NCBI GenBank assembly: GCA_009602725.1
Contig: WELB01000001.1
Location: 1,888,545 to 1,952,544, forward strand
Length of the DNA stretch: 64,000 nt
From: Spirogloea muscicola
Taxonomy: Eukaryota
Direction: 5' to 3'
Below are positions 1-12,084 of this stretch, one piece after another (position 1 is the first letter of the stretch; each line of letters begins with the position of its first letter). Made by a program: the position numbers and the translations under genes. The notes beneath the pieces are model-generated. The model was not told where the DNA came from. It did not search any database and worked only from the letters and a program-made list of their open reading frames with translations.

Positions 1-3000
1 CGGCAGCGGCGGCGGCGGTGGCGGCGCTGTGGCGCGCGTCGACGCCGCCACGCCCCCGCGGCAAGGCGGAGCGCTGTCCTTCGCTCCCGCGTCGGCCGCA
101 GCGGCTAGCACCGGCGAAGACGAGGCCGGCGCTGCGGCAGAGGCGGGGTTGCGGATGGAGGACGACCCGAGCGCGCGGCACAAGATGGTGGTGCCGGCGG
201 AGCTGGCGGCGGCGGTGGCGCGCCTGGACGCCGGCTTCCCCGTCACCGCCACCATCGCCAACTTCGCCTTCGAGGCCATGCTCCGCAACTGGGCGCACCA
301 CGCCCTGGCCGCCGGCATGCCCAACATCGTCATCGCCGCGCTCGACGACGAGACCGTCCAGGTGGCCCGCGCGACCCCGCGCCGCCACTGCCGATCCGCT
401 CTTGCTCTCGGAGTGCGCTCGCTGCGACCACGTCCATGGACGCCGGACATGATCGGCTCTGGCCCCGACCTCCAGGTGGTCGTGTGCTGATGCGCTGTGG
501 TACCTGGCCTCGTTCTACACGCGCCCATGCAGCTCTGCGCAAACCTGAGCGTGGTTGCGGTGAAGATCCACAGCAGCGCGGCGTCGAGCGCCAACTTCCG
601 CGCCGACGCCGTGCAGTTCAAGAACATGGGCGCGATGAAGACAGCGTTCGTGCTCGGCCTGCTGGAGCACCGCTTCGACGTGCTCATGAGCGACACCGAC
701 ACCGTGTGGCTGCGCAATCCCGCCGAAGTCCTGGACGTCCGGTCGGGCCCGCTGGCCGGCGCGCACATCCTCATCTCCTCCGACTCGCTCTCGCACGCCA
801 ACGACGAGGCTAGGTAGGCGCCGCCCCTCTTGCTCGCTCGGTGCTATTAGTGCCAGTCTCCACCTGTCCTTGCTGCATGGCACTCACAACTTTCTCGCCA
901 ACCTCCTCCCCTTCCATACTGGCAGCATGGCAGCAGACTCGTCCAAGCAGGTGAGGGAAAGGGAGCGCCACGAGTGGTTCCGTGCCGCCACGCCGCGGGG
1001 GCGCGAGCTCTTCGGCAACGTCTACGAGCACGCCTTCAACACGGGCGTGCTGCTCCTGCGCTCTGCGCCCGCCACCCTCAAGTTCGCCGCAGCCTGGCAC
1101 GACGTCATGAGGTCCGTGACCCGGGCGGCCGCCTCATGCATGCGACAGATCGACCACGCTGAGGCTGCTGTGTCGTTGTTCGCTCTCGGTCTGGGCAGCC
1201 GATCACTACGGTGAGCTGGAACTTACCAATCGCTAATTAATTTCTATGTTCATGTGGGCAGGACCAAGGGCAAGAGCATGGGATGGGAGGGCGTGTGGGG
1301 GGACCAGCATGCGCTCAACCAGCTCCTCCGCATCCGCATGTTCCCCATCGAGGTCCAGTCCCCAGACTGCCCGCCGCGGCGGTGCCCGCCGCCGCCCCTG
1401 GCGCTTGTCGGTCAGCCGCCCTGCCTTCTGTCACGGGCTCTGAGCGGCGCCTCCCCGCCATGCGCCGGCTTTGCCCTGCAGGTGGTGGAGTCGCAGCTCG
1501 GGCACAAGCGGAACAACCGCGTGATATATGTATATGGCCGGCAGATGTGGGCGGGCATACTGCCGGTCAGCCTCTTCTGCAACGGGCACGTCTACTTTGT
1601 GCAGCGCATCCCGCAGCGCCACAGACTCGTGCCCTACGTCGTGCACAACACTTTCCAGTTCCACTTTGCGCCTGGCAAAATTGCTCGATTTCGCGAGGCC
1701 GAACTCTGGGCCCTTGACCCACCCTCGTGCGTTCCTACACCTCAACTGCTACGCTTCCCTCCTGGCACGTCTTTGTAGGACAGCTGAGGAGTACTGAGAG
1801 GTCTTGCGGTCTTCTGCACGTTGCCGCTTCTCATAGTTGTTGTGTCGGGCTTGCATTTCAGCATCTGCGCCCTTGCTCATGTCATCCTCAGTGGTTAATC
1901 AGCGTCAACGTGAACGTTCCAATTCAACATGCATTTAATGAAAAACTGCACATACCACCAGGAAGACTGCTGCCTTTGGCCTTGCTGCTGTTGGATGTTG
2001 AGCTGATGACACTGTTGCCTCATGAAAGCTTTATATTGTGCAGCTACTACGAGGAGGGTAATTTCTTGTCGTTTAGAGCTGACCTGCCGCCCACAGTCCT
2101 TGACCTGCCTATGGACCAGCGCCACCAATCTGCCCTGCAGCACTATTATGTGAGCTGAATGTCTACTGGGTTTCATACAGTAACCTGTTTGGAGGGAGGA
2201 CATGATGCGTCCGTGGTTGAGCTTGAGGGGCAGGTTACATGTCACTGCTGTCTAAAATTTGCATGTGGGGCTTAATGGGCTTGTCTCACCAATCATTGCG
2301 AGCATCTGCAGGAGGCAACTTGCAACGCTCTAATTCTGGCCAAGCTCCTGAACCGTACCCTCATCCTCCCAAAGGTCACGTGTTTCTGCGATAGGTAACT
2401 TGCGTGCATGGCAGGCCAGCCTTGACAGCGTCAAAATATAGCTTTGCCCTCGCAGGTCGTATGTTTGGCACCATGTTTGCACTCCTGTGACAACAATACT
2501 GTCGGTCTCTATGCAGGTGGTGGGACAGTCTGACAGCACCGTGCCGCGCACCAGGCGCTGACGTTGAGCCGCCCTTCGACTGCCCAATAGACTACTTCCT
2601 GGACCCAGCCGTGTGGAATAGCCACCCGCTCTGGTACTCGTATCGCGTGCACACATTTCTGGACCACCCCAAAGTGCCAGCAGCCATCAAAGATTCGCGG
2701 TCAGCACCTCATGCATCACTGCAGTGCAGATCATTTTGTGAAGCACATCTGCTCCTATTTCTGTATTGGTGACGTGCACTATTCTCTGTGACACATTACC
2801 TACAGTGCAGTTGTTTGATTGCCAGTGCCTCGGCCCATTTCTGTGCTGCTAATGCTTGTGTTCCGAGCAGGATGGAAGTGGAGGTTGTTATACCAAAGGT
2901 GTCGCCAGGCTTGAGCAGCCATAGTATGGCCCTGCTGCGGCACAACGCTACCAGCATTGAGGTCCTTGCGGCGCTCTCGCACCTCAAGAGCGTGCGTGTG

Positions 3001-3440
3001 CTCCACATTACAAACGTGATTGATGCCTTTTGCAGGTACGCTCCACTGCTTGTCCTTGTTACAAACTTGAGTCTGACAACCATAAGTAGATGTTTTTAAT
3101 CAGTGGTGTACCACTAACATAGTCACTTACAGCAAGTTGCTGTTATGTACGCATTTGTCAAGACTGATTTGCTCTTGCTGAGTGCACTGCCAGATTTGAC
3201 ACTGAGGTCGAGAATGCCCGGTTTGACTGGTCTGTACTTAATTACTTTAGCCAAGACTGGTGCTGCGTGCCGGTCAACTCGTCAGACAAGGTGACGCGTG
3301 TGGCTGAGGGCCACCGTGTGATCAGAATCCCTAAATTATCCAGTCGCACCATGGAGGACTGCCATCGCAGCCCGGTTTTGCGGCGTGGTGTTGTCAAGGA
3401 AACGCTGCTCCTTGTCGACGACCGACCAGGGCGTTCGTGA
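1..3440 (+). CDS. Nucleotide-diphospho-sugar transferase (GT77 family, XEG113/RRA arabinosyltransferase-like), multi-exon, 5' end outside window
   Basis: GT-AG spliced exons encode 'MLRNWAHH..IVIAALD', DxD motif 'VLMSDTDTVWLRNP', 'FNTGVLLL', 'WGDQHALN', 'LPVSLFCNGHVYFVQ..PYVVHNTFQ..GKIARFREAELW' and 'LAKLLNRTLILPKVTCFCDRWW'; stop TGA 3438-3440. Confidence 0.85.
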
Positions 3441-3798
3441 CGGGCCGAGGTTTGTCAGCCTGCAGTGCAGTGGCCACATGCAACCTCACTCCTTACGTGA
3501 GGAGCGACATGAATTATGTTGCCCTGAACCTTAGCAGGGAGTAGGCTTTGGTTGAGCCACCATCAATGCCCCCATATAGAAATCCCTGTCCAGTCTATTC
3601 TTGCCGGTTATCAGCCTGCAAGCCTGCCAATGATCTAGACCTTACAGGTACTTAGAGGGTTTATAAGAGGTGGCGTGCTGAGCACACAGGTTGTGCATGT
3701 TCAGTATGCAGATGATTTGGCAGGTTTGTCAGGAAAGGTCAGGAACAGAGTAGCAGTCCGGCCTGCTCTGCATTGCTTTATTGGTCGCTGTCTAATTC

Positions 3799-3875
3799 GA
3801 GCAGCCACTTCCTTTGGGCTGTACAGCATGACATTCGCTGTCTTGACAGAGCAGCCACTTCCTTTGGGCTGTACA
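3799..3875. repeat. Two copies of a 27-bp direct repeat (gagcagccacttcctttgggctgtaca), period 50 bp
   Basis: Copies at 3799-3825 and 3849-3875, read directly. Confidence 0.85.
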
Positions 3876-4454
3876 TTATGAACAACATCTTTTGGCAATG
3901 ATGTTGATGAACTTTAGCAATCATTCTACTGCCACTCCCAGATGGTGCCCTTTCGCTGCCTCTGATGAGTTGCCATGCCATGACACTACTGGCAGGAATG
4001 TAGCCTTCAAAATCCGATGCAAGCTGCTGCCTGCAATCTCCTCCTTCTGACGTCCCAGATTGCAGGCGGTGATGGATGAACTGGAAATACATCCCCTCCA
4101 ACATGAGCTCCAACAATTTGATCAAGTTATACTGATCTTGTACTGATATGATCACAGCATGCTGGCATATGCCAGACTTTTGTGCCAGTTGACATTGGAG
4201 AGCTACAATAAGAAGGTAGGAGCAGTCGCAGCCGACGTCGCACGGGGCGTCAGCAGTAGCTCCTCAAAGACTGCCGAGAGGGGCTAGAGGTGACCTCTGC
4301 AATGGTTGAGCAGGGTAGGCTGTTGATGCACAATTTACTATTGAAACGAGCTGTGCACAGCCTGGAAGCAAGAGATCACTATGGCGTGCAAAACTTGTGG
4401 CTCTGGTAGCTTTGGACCTTGTCACTGATTTATAGGCCTGAGCCGATGTGTCCG

Positions 4455-7400
4455 TCACTTCGGCCACTTATCCAGGCACTCAATGACAGCGTCCAGCTCT
4501 CTCTGGAGAGCCTCAACACCGTCGCTGCCAGCTGCACCTACACGGGGGCCCCACCCAGCGAGCTTTCCCCGATCCTGCAGGTATCTCTCTGAGAGCTCCA
4601 GGAGCCACACATACGGGGTTTGTAGCTCGGCAACGTAACCACTGCTGTCCAACAGTGCATACAGCATGTCATTATTGTCGTTGCTGCTGCAGTCTGCTGA
4701 GGCTGCCTGTAGGTCGGCAGCAAGGCGGCGCACCAGGCAATTCTTGAAGTGGTGCATCGTATGGTACAGCCGGCTGCGAGCCATGCAAAAGCTGCCAACG
4801 GCAAATGTGGCTTCCTTAACCTCCTCGCAGTTCTCATTGCCTGCAGACCGTTCCAATCAATTGTCATGATGCGTTTCCATGAGGCTTGAGTCTGGTAATA
4901 AGTCATCTCATCAATTACACCACTGCTGTCTGATGGCAACAGACAACATTCTGGCACATCTGGGATGCGCTTAATAGCACAGCCTGCACACAGTCAGATC
5001 TGAAGGCCCACGAATAGCACAAAGGCCTGAGTGTGAGGTTCTGGACAGGACAATGTTGCCGACCGTGTGTAGAAACTCTTGCTGCCATGTCGTACATCCA
5101 TGCTGAGTGCACGTCTTGCCAGTGTCCCGCCAGGTGCAACTGTTAGCAATGGGTGCACCATTAGTGCTCTCGCACAACCAAGCACACCCATGATTGCCTG
5201 CATGCATGCTGGCGGGATACTATCAGAGAGGGCCAGCGCCACGGGTGACACTGCTGTGGCCAGCCGTTGCATAAGCTCACAGTGAAGCTGGCTGGGTGGT
5301 TCTTGCGGCCACACGCCTCGCAGCTGGCGCCCCAGAAGGCTGGTGTGGCGCGCAGGTCGGGATGTTGGTCTAGCGCCCGCCGAAATGTGCTGAGCCATGC
5401 GTTGCTGGCTACCAGGCCCGACTTGCGGTGCGTCAACGCTTCCTGCGCCAAGAAGTCATCAGTGTGGCTGCGTGCGTTTAATCCAGAGTGGCTGAGTGAG
5501 AGCTCAGAAGATGCAGGGTGCCTCTGCGAATTGAAGAGTAGATCAAGAAGTCTTCGGCGAAAGTATCTTGGGTGTGCAATTCTTTGAGCAAGTTGGTCTG
5601 CAGCAGAAGAACTGCAAGCTCACCTCCACCTTGCGCATGCTGCGACCAAAGTAGGCCGCCTCCGGCCGCCCCTTCACCTGCCCAGGGAGAGACAACCCGA
5701 TGCACATAACCGAAGCTAAGTATAGGAGCCGAGCAGCCAGTGGACAGCATGCAGGCTCCCTGCTGCTGCTAGTCGAGAATTTGGGGCGCCAAGGTGAGCG
5801 CAGGCACAGTCTTGCCCAAGGCCAGGAGAACGGAGCCAGCAGGACATCTGAGTATGCCTTGCAGTGCCCAACAAAGCTAGACAGGTCCAGGTTTGAAGTC
5901 AGGTCACAGTAATGTGGGTTGAAGGGGTCTACAATTTAGGCACAGGAGATGATGTGGGGCAGCTGACCTGGTCCGAGAAGTCGGCGTCCTGCAGGCAGAG
6001 CAGGAGATACTGGGTGTAGACCTTGAAGCTGGCCTCGCCGGAGCCGCCAGCCGCCGCCACCGCCACTCCGCCGTCCCACTCCTCGCTGCTGCGGCTGCCG
6101 GCCTCCTCTTGAGAGGAGCTGCAGGTGGCATTACCTCCGTCCCTTCCGTCACTGCCGTCGACCACAAAGTTCGCGAGGCCATTGCTGTCGCCATCGTCCT
6201 CTCTGCCTTCTGCACCCTCCTCGGAGCTGTCGTCCTCCCCATGGCTGCCTGCTCCCGCTGTCTCATCCTCCTCGCCGGCCAGGCCGAGGGTCCTCCGGCG
6301 GTTGGCCAGCATCTGGTCGAGGATGGTGTTGCACCCCGTCTTCGCCCCTGTGGCTGCCACGTCCACGGACCGTCGCCACTTGCGGCGAAGCCGTGGCCGG
6401 CCCTCCCCCTGGCACAAGCTGCCGCTGCGCTCGTCCCAATCGTCCTCTGCCCTCTGCCGCAGGCGCCTCCTGACCTGCGGCACAGTGGCGCAGTTCTCGG
6501 CAGCTGCATGAGGGTCCTGGCACTCGACTGCCACGTCCTCCTGGCTGCCGGCTGCCGACTGGCCCGCCCGAGCCACTGCCGCTGTGGCGACGTCCTTGCG
6601 TCCCGACACTACGCGTGATGCGGCGGACCGCCGGAAGGAGGGCGTCGGAGCGTCCTCGTCGTCCAAGCTCTCGGTGAGCCTGCTTGTGGGCTCCGGCTCT
6701 GAGGGGCTGCCCTCAGACGGCGTACTCATAGCCACAGCAGTGGGTCCCATCGGCCTCCAAGGCCGGGCTTGGTCATGGTGGCCGCCGCCCAACACCTCGG
6801 CCTCGTCGCTCTCAGCGTCTTCCTCGGCATCGGCGCCGCTGGCGTCGCCGTTGTCGCCGTCGACCTCGACGATAAAGCAGCCGCTGTCACTGCTGCTGCT
6901 GTCGCTGTGGGCGATGAAGCCGCCGCTGCTGCTGCTGCCTCCCGAGTGGTGGGCGGCGCCCGAGTCGGACGCCGTCTCGGCGCCGCCCACCACAAAGCGG
7001 CTCCGCAGGGGTCTCGGCCGCCGCCGCAGCCGCCGCCGGGGTCGCCGGCCATCGNNNNNNNNNNNNNNNNNNNNNNNNNNNNNNNNNNNNNNNNNNNNNN
7101 NNNNNNNNNNNNNNNNNNNNNNNNNNNNNNNNNNNNNNNNNNNNNNNNNNNNNNNNNNNNNNNNNNNNNNNNNNNNNNNNNNNNNNNNNNNNNNNNNNNN
7201 NNNNNNNNNNNNNNNNNNNNNNNNNNNNNNNNNNNNNNNNNNNNNNNNNNNNNNNNNNNNNNNNNNNNNNNNNNNNNNNNNNNNNNNNNNNNNNNNNNNN
7301 NNNNNNNNNNNNNNNNNNNNNNNNNNNNNNNNNNNNNNNNNNNNNNNNGGCTCGAAGCGCAGCGCGCGGCGCGACGCGCGGAGGCGCTTCCGCCACGCCG

Positions 7401-7533
7401 TCAGGGGCAGCTCGTCGAGCTCGTCGGCCTCCTCGCTCGCCGGCAAGCCAGCAGCGGCAGCGGCGGCGGCGCCGTCGCTCAGGCGCTTCAGGCGGCGCAA
7501 TGGCGGCGGCGGCGGCGGCTCGGCCAAGTCCAT
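4455..7533 (-). CDS. DUF4211-domain protein (CCDC82-like), multi-exon, interrupted by N-gap
   Basis: Long acidic low-complexity N-terminus, then 'SFKVYTQYLLLCLQD', 'LVASNAWLSTFRRALDQHP..CEACGRKNHPASFTV' and 'FAVGSFCMARSRLYHTMHHFK', resembling DUF4211; ATG 7531-7533, stop 4455-4457. Confidence 0.7.
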
Positions 7534-7944
7534 GCGGGCCCGGATTTCACGGCAGGACCGCCGCCGCCGGATGCGCCGAGGCTGCCGCGTGGCGTGCAGG
7601 ATCGCGGGCGCTCGATCGGGCACTCGCCTCTGCTGGCCCTGGCGGGCGGGGCTTTTTTGCGTGCCTTTCCAAGCCTTTCCGGGCTTTTCTAGGCCCTTCC
7701 GAGCGTCTCCGGGACCCGCTCACCTCAAGGGAGTGCCGTGCCCGTCATCGCCATGCCCTCCGAAGCGACATGGGAGAGCCACTTGCGGTCTGACGTCAGT
7801 TCGCCGTTCAGTCGTCGCCCCTCTCGGGCCTCGTTCTCGGGCTCCACACGGTGGCCTCCCCGGGGCAGCCACAGCCTTTCCGAAGCCTTTCCCGGGCGGC
7901 CTCCCCCTGTGGGGGCGTCTTTCCTCCGGAAGCTCCATCCCCCG

Positions 7945-10491
7945 ATGCCCGTGCCTGTCTCTCTCTCAGCCGAGCGCAGCCCGGGGCCGCCATCGCCCGC
8001 GCCTGCCGCGGCGCTGGCGGCGGCTGCCGGCGGCCCCGCGGAGGACTGGGCGCCGCTCCTGGCGCTGCTGCGATGGGGTGGCAGCGGCGGCGGCGGGCCC
8101 CTCGGCGCGGCGCTGCGCTGGCTGTGCGCTCGGGGCGGGCCCGGGTGAGACCTCCCGCCTTCCAGGACTGACGTCTGGCCCACCTGCAGCACGCTCGCTC
8201 GCCGGCGGCTCTCGGCTGACGGACCGAGGATCCAAATGGCCATCGCAAGGGCAGCAGCGGCAAAGACAGCGGCGGCGGCGGTTGCGGCGGCGGACAGGGA
8301 GGAGGTGGCCTCGCTCTCCGCCAGCTGGTGCCGGACGTCCTTGCTCGGCAAGTCGTGGTGGCGGAGACGGCAGCAGCCCCCCCCGGTGCACGTTCAGCTC
8401 TGCGATGGTGAGGTCGCCACCGCCGGCGCCTCTGCCTGCAGTAAGGCTGGCCTCGACAGAATCTTGTAACGCTCAACGCAGCGCTTCCAGCCTTTCGGTT
8501 GAGCGTTGCGTGCTCGCCCACATGCAGCTGCCTGTGGCTGGAGACGCAGCCGGACGCAATGCAGGCGGCAGCGCTGGAGCTGGTGCTCGTGGAGCTGCCA
8601 CGCTTCCGGCGCAGCGAGGCTGCAGCGTTGGCGCGCGCGCTGCTTGCGTCGACCACTGTTGGCTGGTGGGCACGACGCGCCGCCACCGTGCTGCTCGAGC
8701 AGCTTGAAGAGGCAGCCCCGCCGGCTACTGCCGCCGCGCCTTTGGCAGGTGGGGCACTGCAGTGATGCCGCTGCCCCCTCTCACTCCTGCAGCAAATCCA
8801 TTGCCTATAGCCGTGCCGCCAAGGAGCTCAAGTTCTGAGCTCAAATTAGCTGCATGTCTGGCAGCAGCATGGAGCTACAAGGGCGGGGACACCATGTGCG
8901 CACCTGCCAAGCGCGCAAAGCACCGCCGGAATGGTCCTTGCAGACACTGTCAGCTGGACGCCACTGAGGGCCTCCCAGACTGGCTGGCGCGGCTCACCTC
9001 CATTGGCTTGAGCCAGCAGGAGCACGCAAAGTTGCCCTTCCCGTGGCTCGTACTGTCGCCCATTACTGTGCCAGTTGTCACCTTGGCAGAGGAAGGTGGA
9101 CGGGTGCAGGGACCAGAAGGGGCTCAATCCGAGCACGAGAATGGCTGCCTACACAGTGGCGGCGACGATGTCGGCAGCTGCAGGCAACAGGAGGGCCTGC
9201 TGCCTGCCGCTGCTGGGGACGCCATCGCCAGCAAACAAGGCGCTGAGGGCGGAAGCGAGATGAAGCCCCAAGATGAGCTTGTTGCGGCCCTGAGCGCTGA
9301 CCTCGCGGCTCGCACTCGGCGTCTCCGGGCTGCGAAACTGGCCGCTGACGAGGAGGACATCAACGACGCTGACATGGGCACAGTGATCACTGGCGACACG
9401 TTGCGGGACCTCGGTGAGTGACCGGTGGGGATCTTAAGCCATGATGCCGAGTAGGAGTGTGACAACCCAGAGCATACGGAGGCTCATCACCACACCCCCT
9501 GCCCGCATGGCTGCCAGCGTGGCTTTTCACCGAGGCCGGCGACAGCCAGCGAGATGCAGTGCTGGCGGTGGTGCGGCCATGGGACAGCCCGGGGGATGTG
9601 CCAGCCCATCTCTGCTCCACCGTACTGCTGGGCAAGGATCAGCGGCATGGCTACAGTGCTGCAGCAAGGGCCGTGCACTGCCTGCTCTTGCCGCGGCTCT
9701 GGGTTCTCCGTTGGGCACCGTCCCGGGCGCTCGCTGACGTGCTGCTAAGTGTTGCAAGGCTCCACCCGAGGTCAGCATGCATCCATGATTGACTTCGCTG
9801 GAGTTGGTGGCTTGAAAGACAGTGCCTGATCCGGGTGCTGACGCACTGGCGCTGGTTGCCATGCGGCTGCTCGCCAGAGCGACGGTGGACGCAGCGCTGC
9901 TGCCGCTGGCTCTTGGCGAGGCGCCGCTGGCCGCGCATGCCGGACCTTCCCTGCCGCCACTCGATGGTGGAGGCCTGTGCAGGCCTCAGGCAGAGCTCGC
10001 GGGCCGCATCTCCCGAGAGGCTCTTCCGGCAGATGCTGCTGCCCACTTTCTGCACAGCCTGCTGCTCGCACAGGCGCTGCCCGCTCGGTGGTGCAGCGCA
10101 GGCGGCGCAGCAGCCCGCCAGTGGTCAGATGCGGCGGTGGCTCTGCTTCAGGCGCTTGGTGAGTATGCGCAGTGCTCTAGGCATGCACTGCTGATTGCAT
10201 TATTAGGCAAGCAGTTACTAACAGAAGGGTGGGGCTGCGTCTGCGCTTTCCATGCTTGCAGTGAGCCTGCGGCTGCCGCTAAAGCAGGAGGCAGCGGACG
10301 CCCTGGCTCGTGTGCTGGAGGCTGCTGCTGCTGAGCTCCCGGCATGCGCAAAGCTGGGCCGTTTGGCACTCACCGCCACGGGGCTGTATGGGTCACAGCT
10401 CCGACGACATCGTGCAGCATTGGCAGCTGCCTTTCGGCACACGTCGGCATTCACGGCACGCCCCGTGCTCGCTAAGCTTGAACAGATGTAA
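7945..10491 (+). CDS. FANCE: Fanconi anemia group E protein-like, multi-exon
   Basis: C-terminal exons 'LCSTVLLG..SAAARAVHCLLLPRLWVLRWAPSRALADVLLSVARLHP', 'PQAELAGRI' and 'CAKLGRLALTATGLYGSQL..LAAAFRHTSAFTARPVLAKL' parallel the FANCE C-terminal helical domain by eye; start codon inferred. Confidence 0.7.
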
Positions 10492-10804
10492 TGACAACAC
10501 CAGCAGCGGCCCACCATGCATCAACTATATCAGTTGGCTCATGAGATCTTCAACAGCCTCAGTGTCTTGAGGGTATACTTGCAAATGCTGCAGTTTCCGC
10601 TTGCAAGCGGCCCCCCCTGCAACAATGTCGGCGGCAAAGCATCATGCGCAGCCAGTCCCTGCAGTTGTCAAGCTGTCCATGTCAGATTACTGAGCCGGCA
10701 ATTACGGATAGGGGCCTCTATCATACATGCGGCCAGGAGAGGCCATCAATTCTTGATTGCATCAAGCTCGGGTCCTCGCCGGAGCGCTCCTCAGCAGCGC
10801 CGGG

Positions 10805-11443
10805 TCAGGCCTTGGCCGACGCCGCCTGGTTGCTGGCAGTGGCGTCTCGCCTTGCATTGCTTGGAAAGACGCTCGGCGGCAGCGACACAGGGTTACGGAG
10901 CGTGACATAGGCCTTCTTCCAGTCGGGTCGACGGTAGAAGCCAGCTTTGCCGCGCTTCTTCTTGCCCTCATAGTTGGCAGTGGCCACTGCCTCCACCTCG
11001 AGGCCATACACTGCCTCCAAAACGCGCCGGATTTCGATCTGCATAGCCGATGGGGCAGAGCGGCAGCGGGGGAGAGCGACAGTGGCCGTCAGACCAAGCA
11101 TGAGCTGCGCCAAAAGGCTCGATGGGGACCCAGAATCTATGCAACAGGCCCGGGTCAAAGGCGGCGGTAATTGCAGCAGGAGCTGGGATGTTCTCGTCAG
11201 CCCAGCAAAGACACGCTTGCGTCGGTGTCTGTCATGGCAAAAACAGGACTTTCTGAACAGCTCAAGCTCAAGATTGGATGTATCTAGAGTCAAGGTTGGG
11301 GGTTCAGGGCGGCGGCGGTGGCGAAGGCATGCCTTGGTGGCACTGGGAACGGTGCGGAAGACCACCTCCGTGATGTTCTCAACCGCCTTGGGCATCATCA
11401 GCCGTAGCGGCACATTAGCCAGCCGCACCACGCGCCGGCTCAT
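10805..11443 (-). CDS. RPL23: Organellar (probably mitochondrial) ribosomal protein uL23, two coding exons
   Basis: 'VVFRTVPSATK|IEIRRVLEAVYGLEVEAVATANYEGKKKR..RPDWKKAYVTL'; intron 11039-11332. Confidence 0.9.
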   Translation of the reverse strand: MSRRVVRLANVPLRLMMPKAVENITEVVFRTVPSATKACLRHRRRPEPPTLTLDTSNLELELFRKSCFCHDRHRRKRVFAGLTRTSQLLLQLPPPLTRACCIDSGSPSSLLAQLMLGLTATVALPRCRSAPSAMQIEIRRVLEAVYGLEVEAVATANYEGKKKRGKAGFYRRPDWKKAYVTLRNPVSLPPSVFPSNARRDATASNQAASAKA

Positions 11444-12084
11444 AGCTCTTGACCTGTGAGGACAGAAGCACGAGCTCGCCCACTGTATGTCGTTCAGCTA
11501 CCCCTGGCCTTGCCTCTGGCGAAGGCGGCGCCGCAGTAACGCCTCCGTCTCTACCGTTGGGGCCCCCGCTGCCGCACGCCGGCTTCTCCCAGCAGGAGCT
11601 CGCGCCAGCTGCGCCGACGCGGCAGGCTCAAGCGGTTCCTCCAGCTGTGCCTCGCTGCCGCAGCTGCCCGCAGTTGCCGCCCCGTCGCCGTCGCCGTCGC
11701 CGTCGCCGCCGTCTAGGAGCGAGGCGCAGGTGCACCCCTCGGAAAGCGTCGACTGGAGGAAGGTGTGGCGGAGGTGGGTGGGGACGAGCGCCAGTCTCTT
11801 CCATCTTCTTCCTTCCACTCCATCCACTGGGAAGGGATCACCCAAACCCCGAACCCCGGCACCCCCCTCTTCGCCACATCGAGCGCCACAGCTCACAGCG
11901 GCCTCCTCGTGAGCGCCAGGGACGGCGGCTGCTGCGGCGGTGGCGGCGGCGCGCTGTGCGGCCATGGCGTCGTGAATCGCCGCGCGGGGAGCTGCGGGCA
12001 GGCCGTCTTGGCTGCTGGGATTGCCGGAGGAGCAGGCCGGTGCGCACTCGAGCCGGCCGGGCCGCTCATGGTCGCCGCGAGGGC

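Noticed and set aside
3799..3875. CRISPR-like repeat-spacer-repeat
   Set aside because: Only two units, eukaryotic context and no cas genes.
6584..8707. 707-aa plus-strand ORF and other long ORFs spanning N-gaps
   Set aside because: Largely antisense to or out of frame with real genes, inflated by X runs and high GC.
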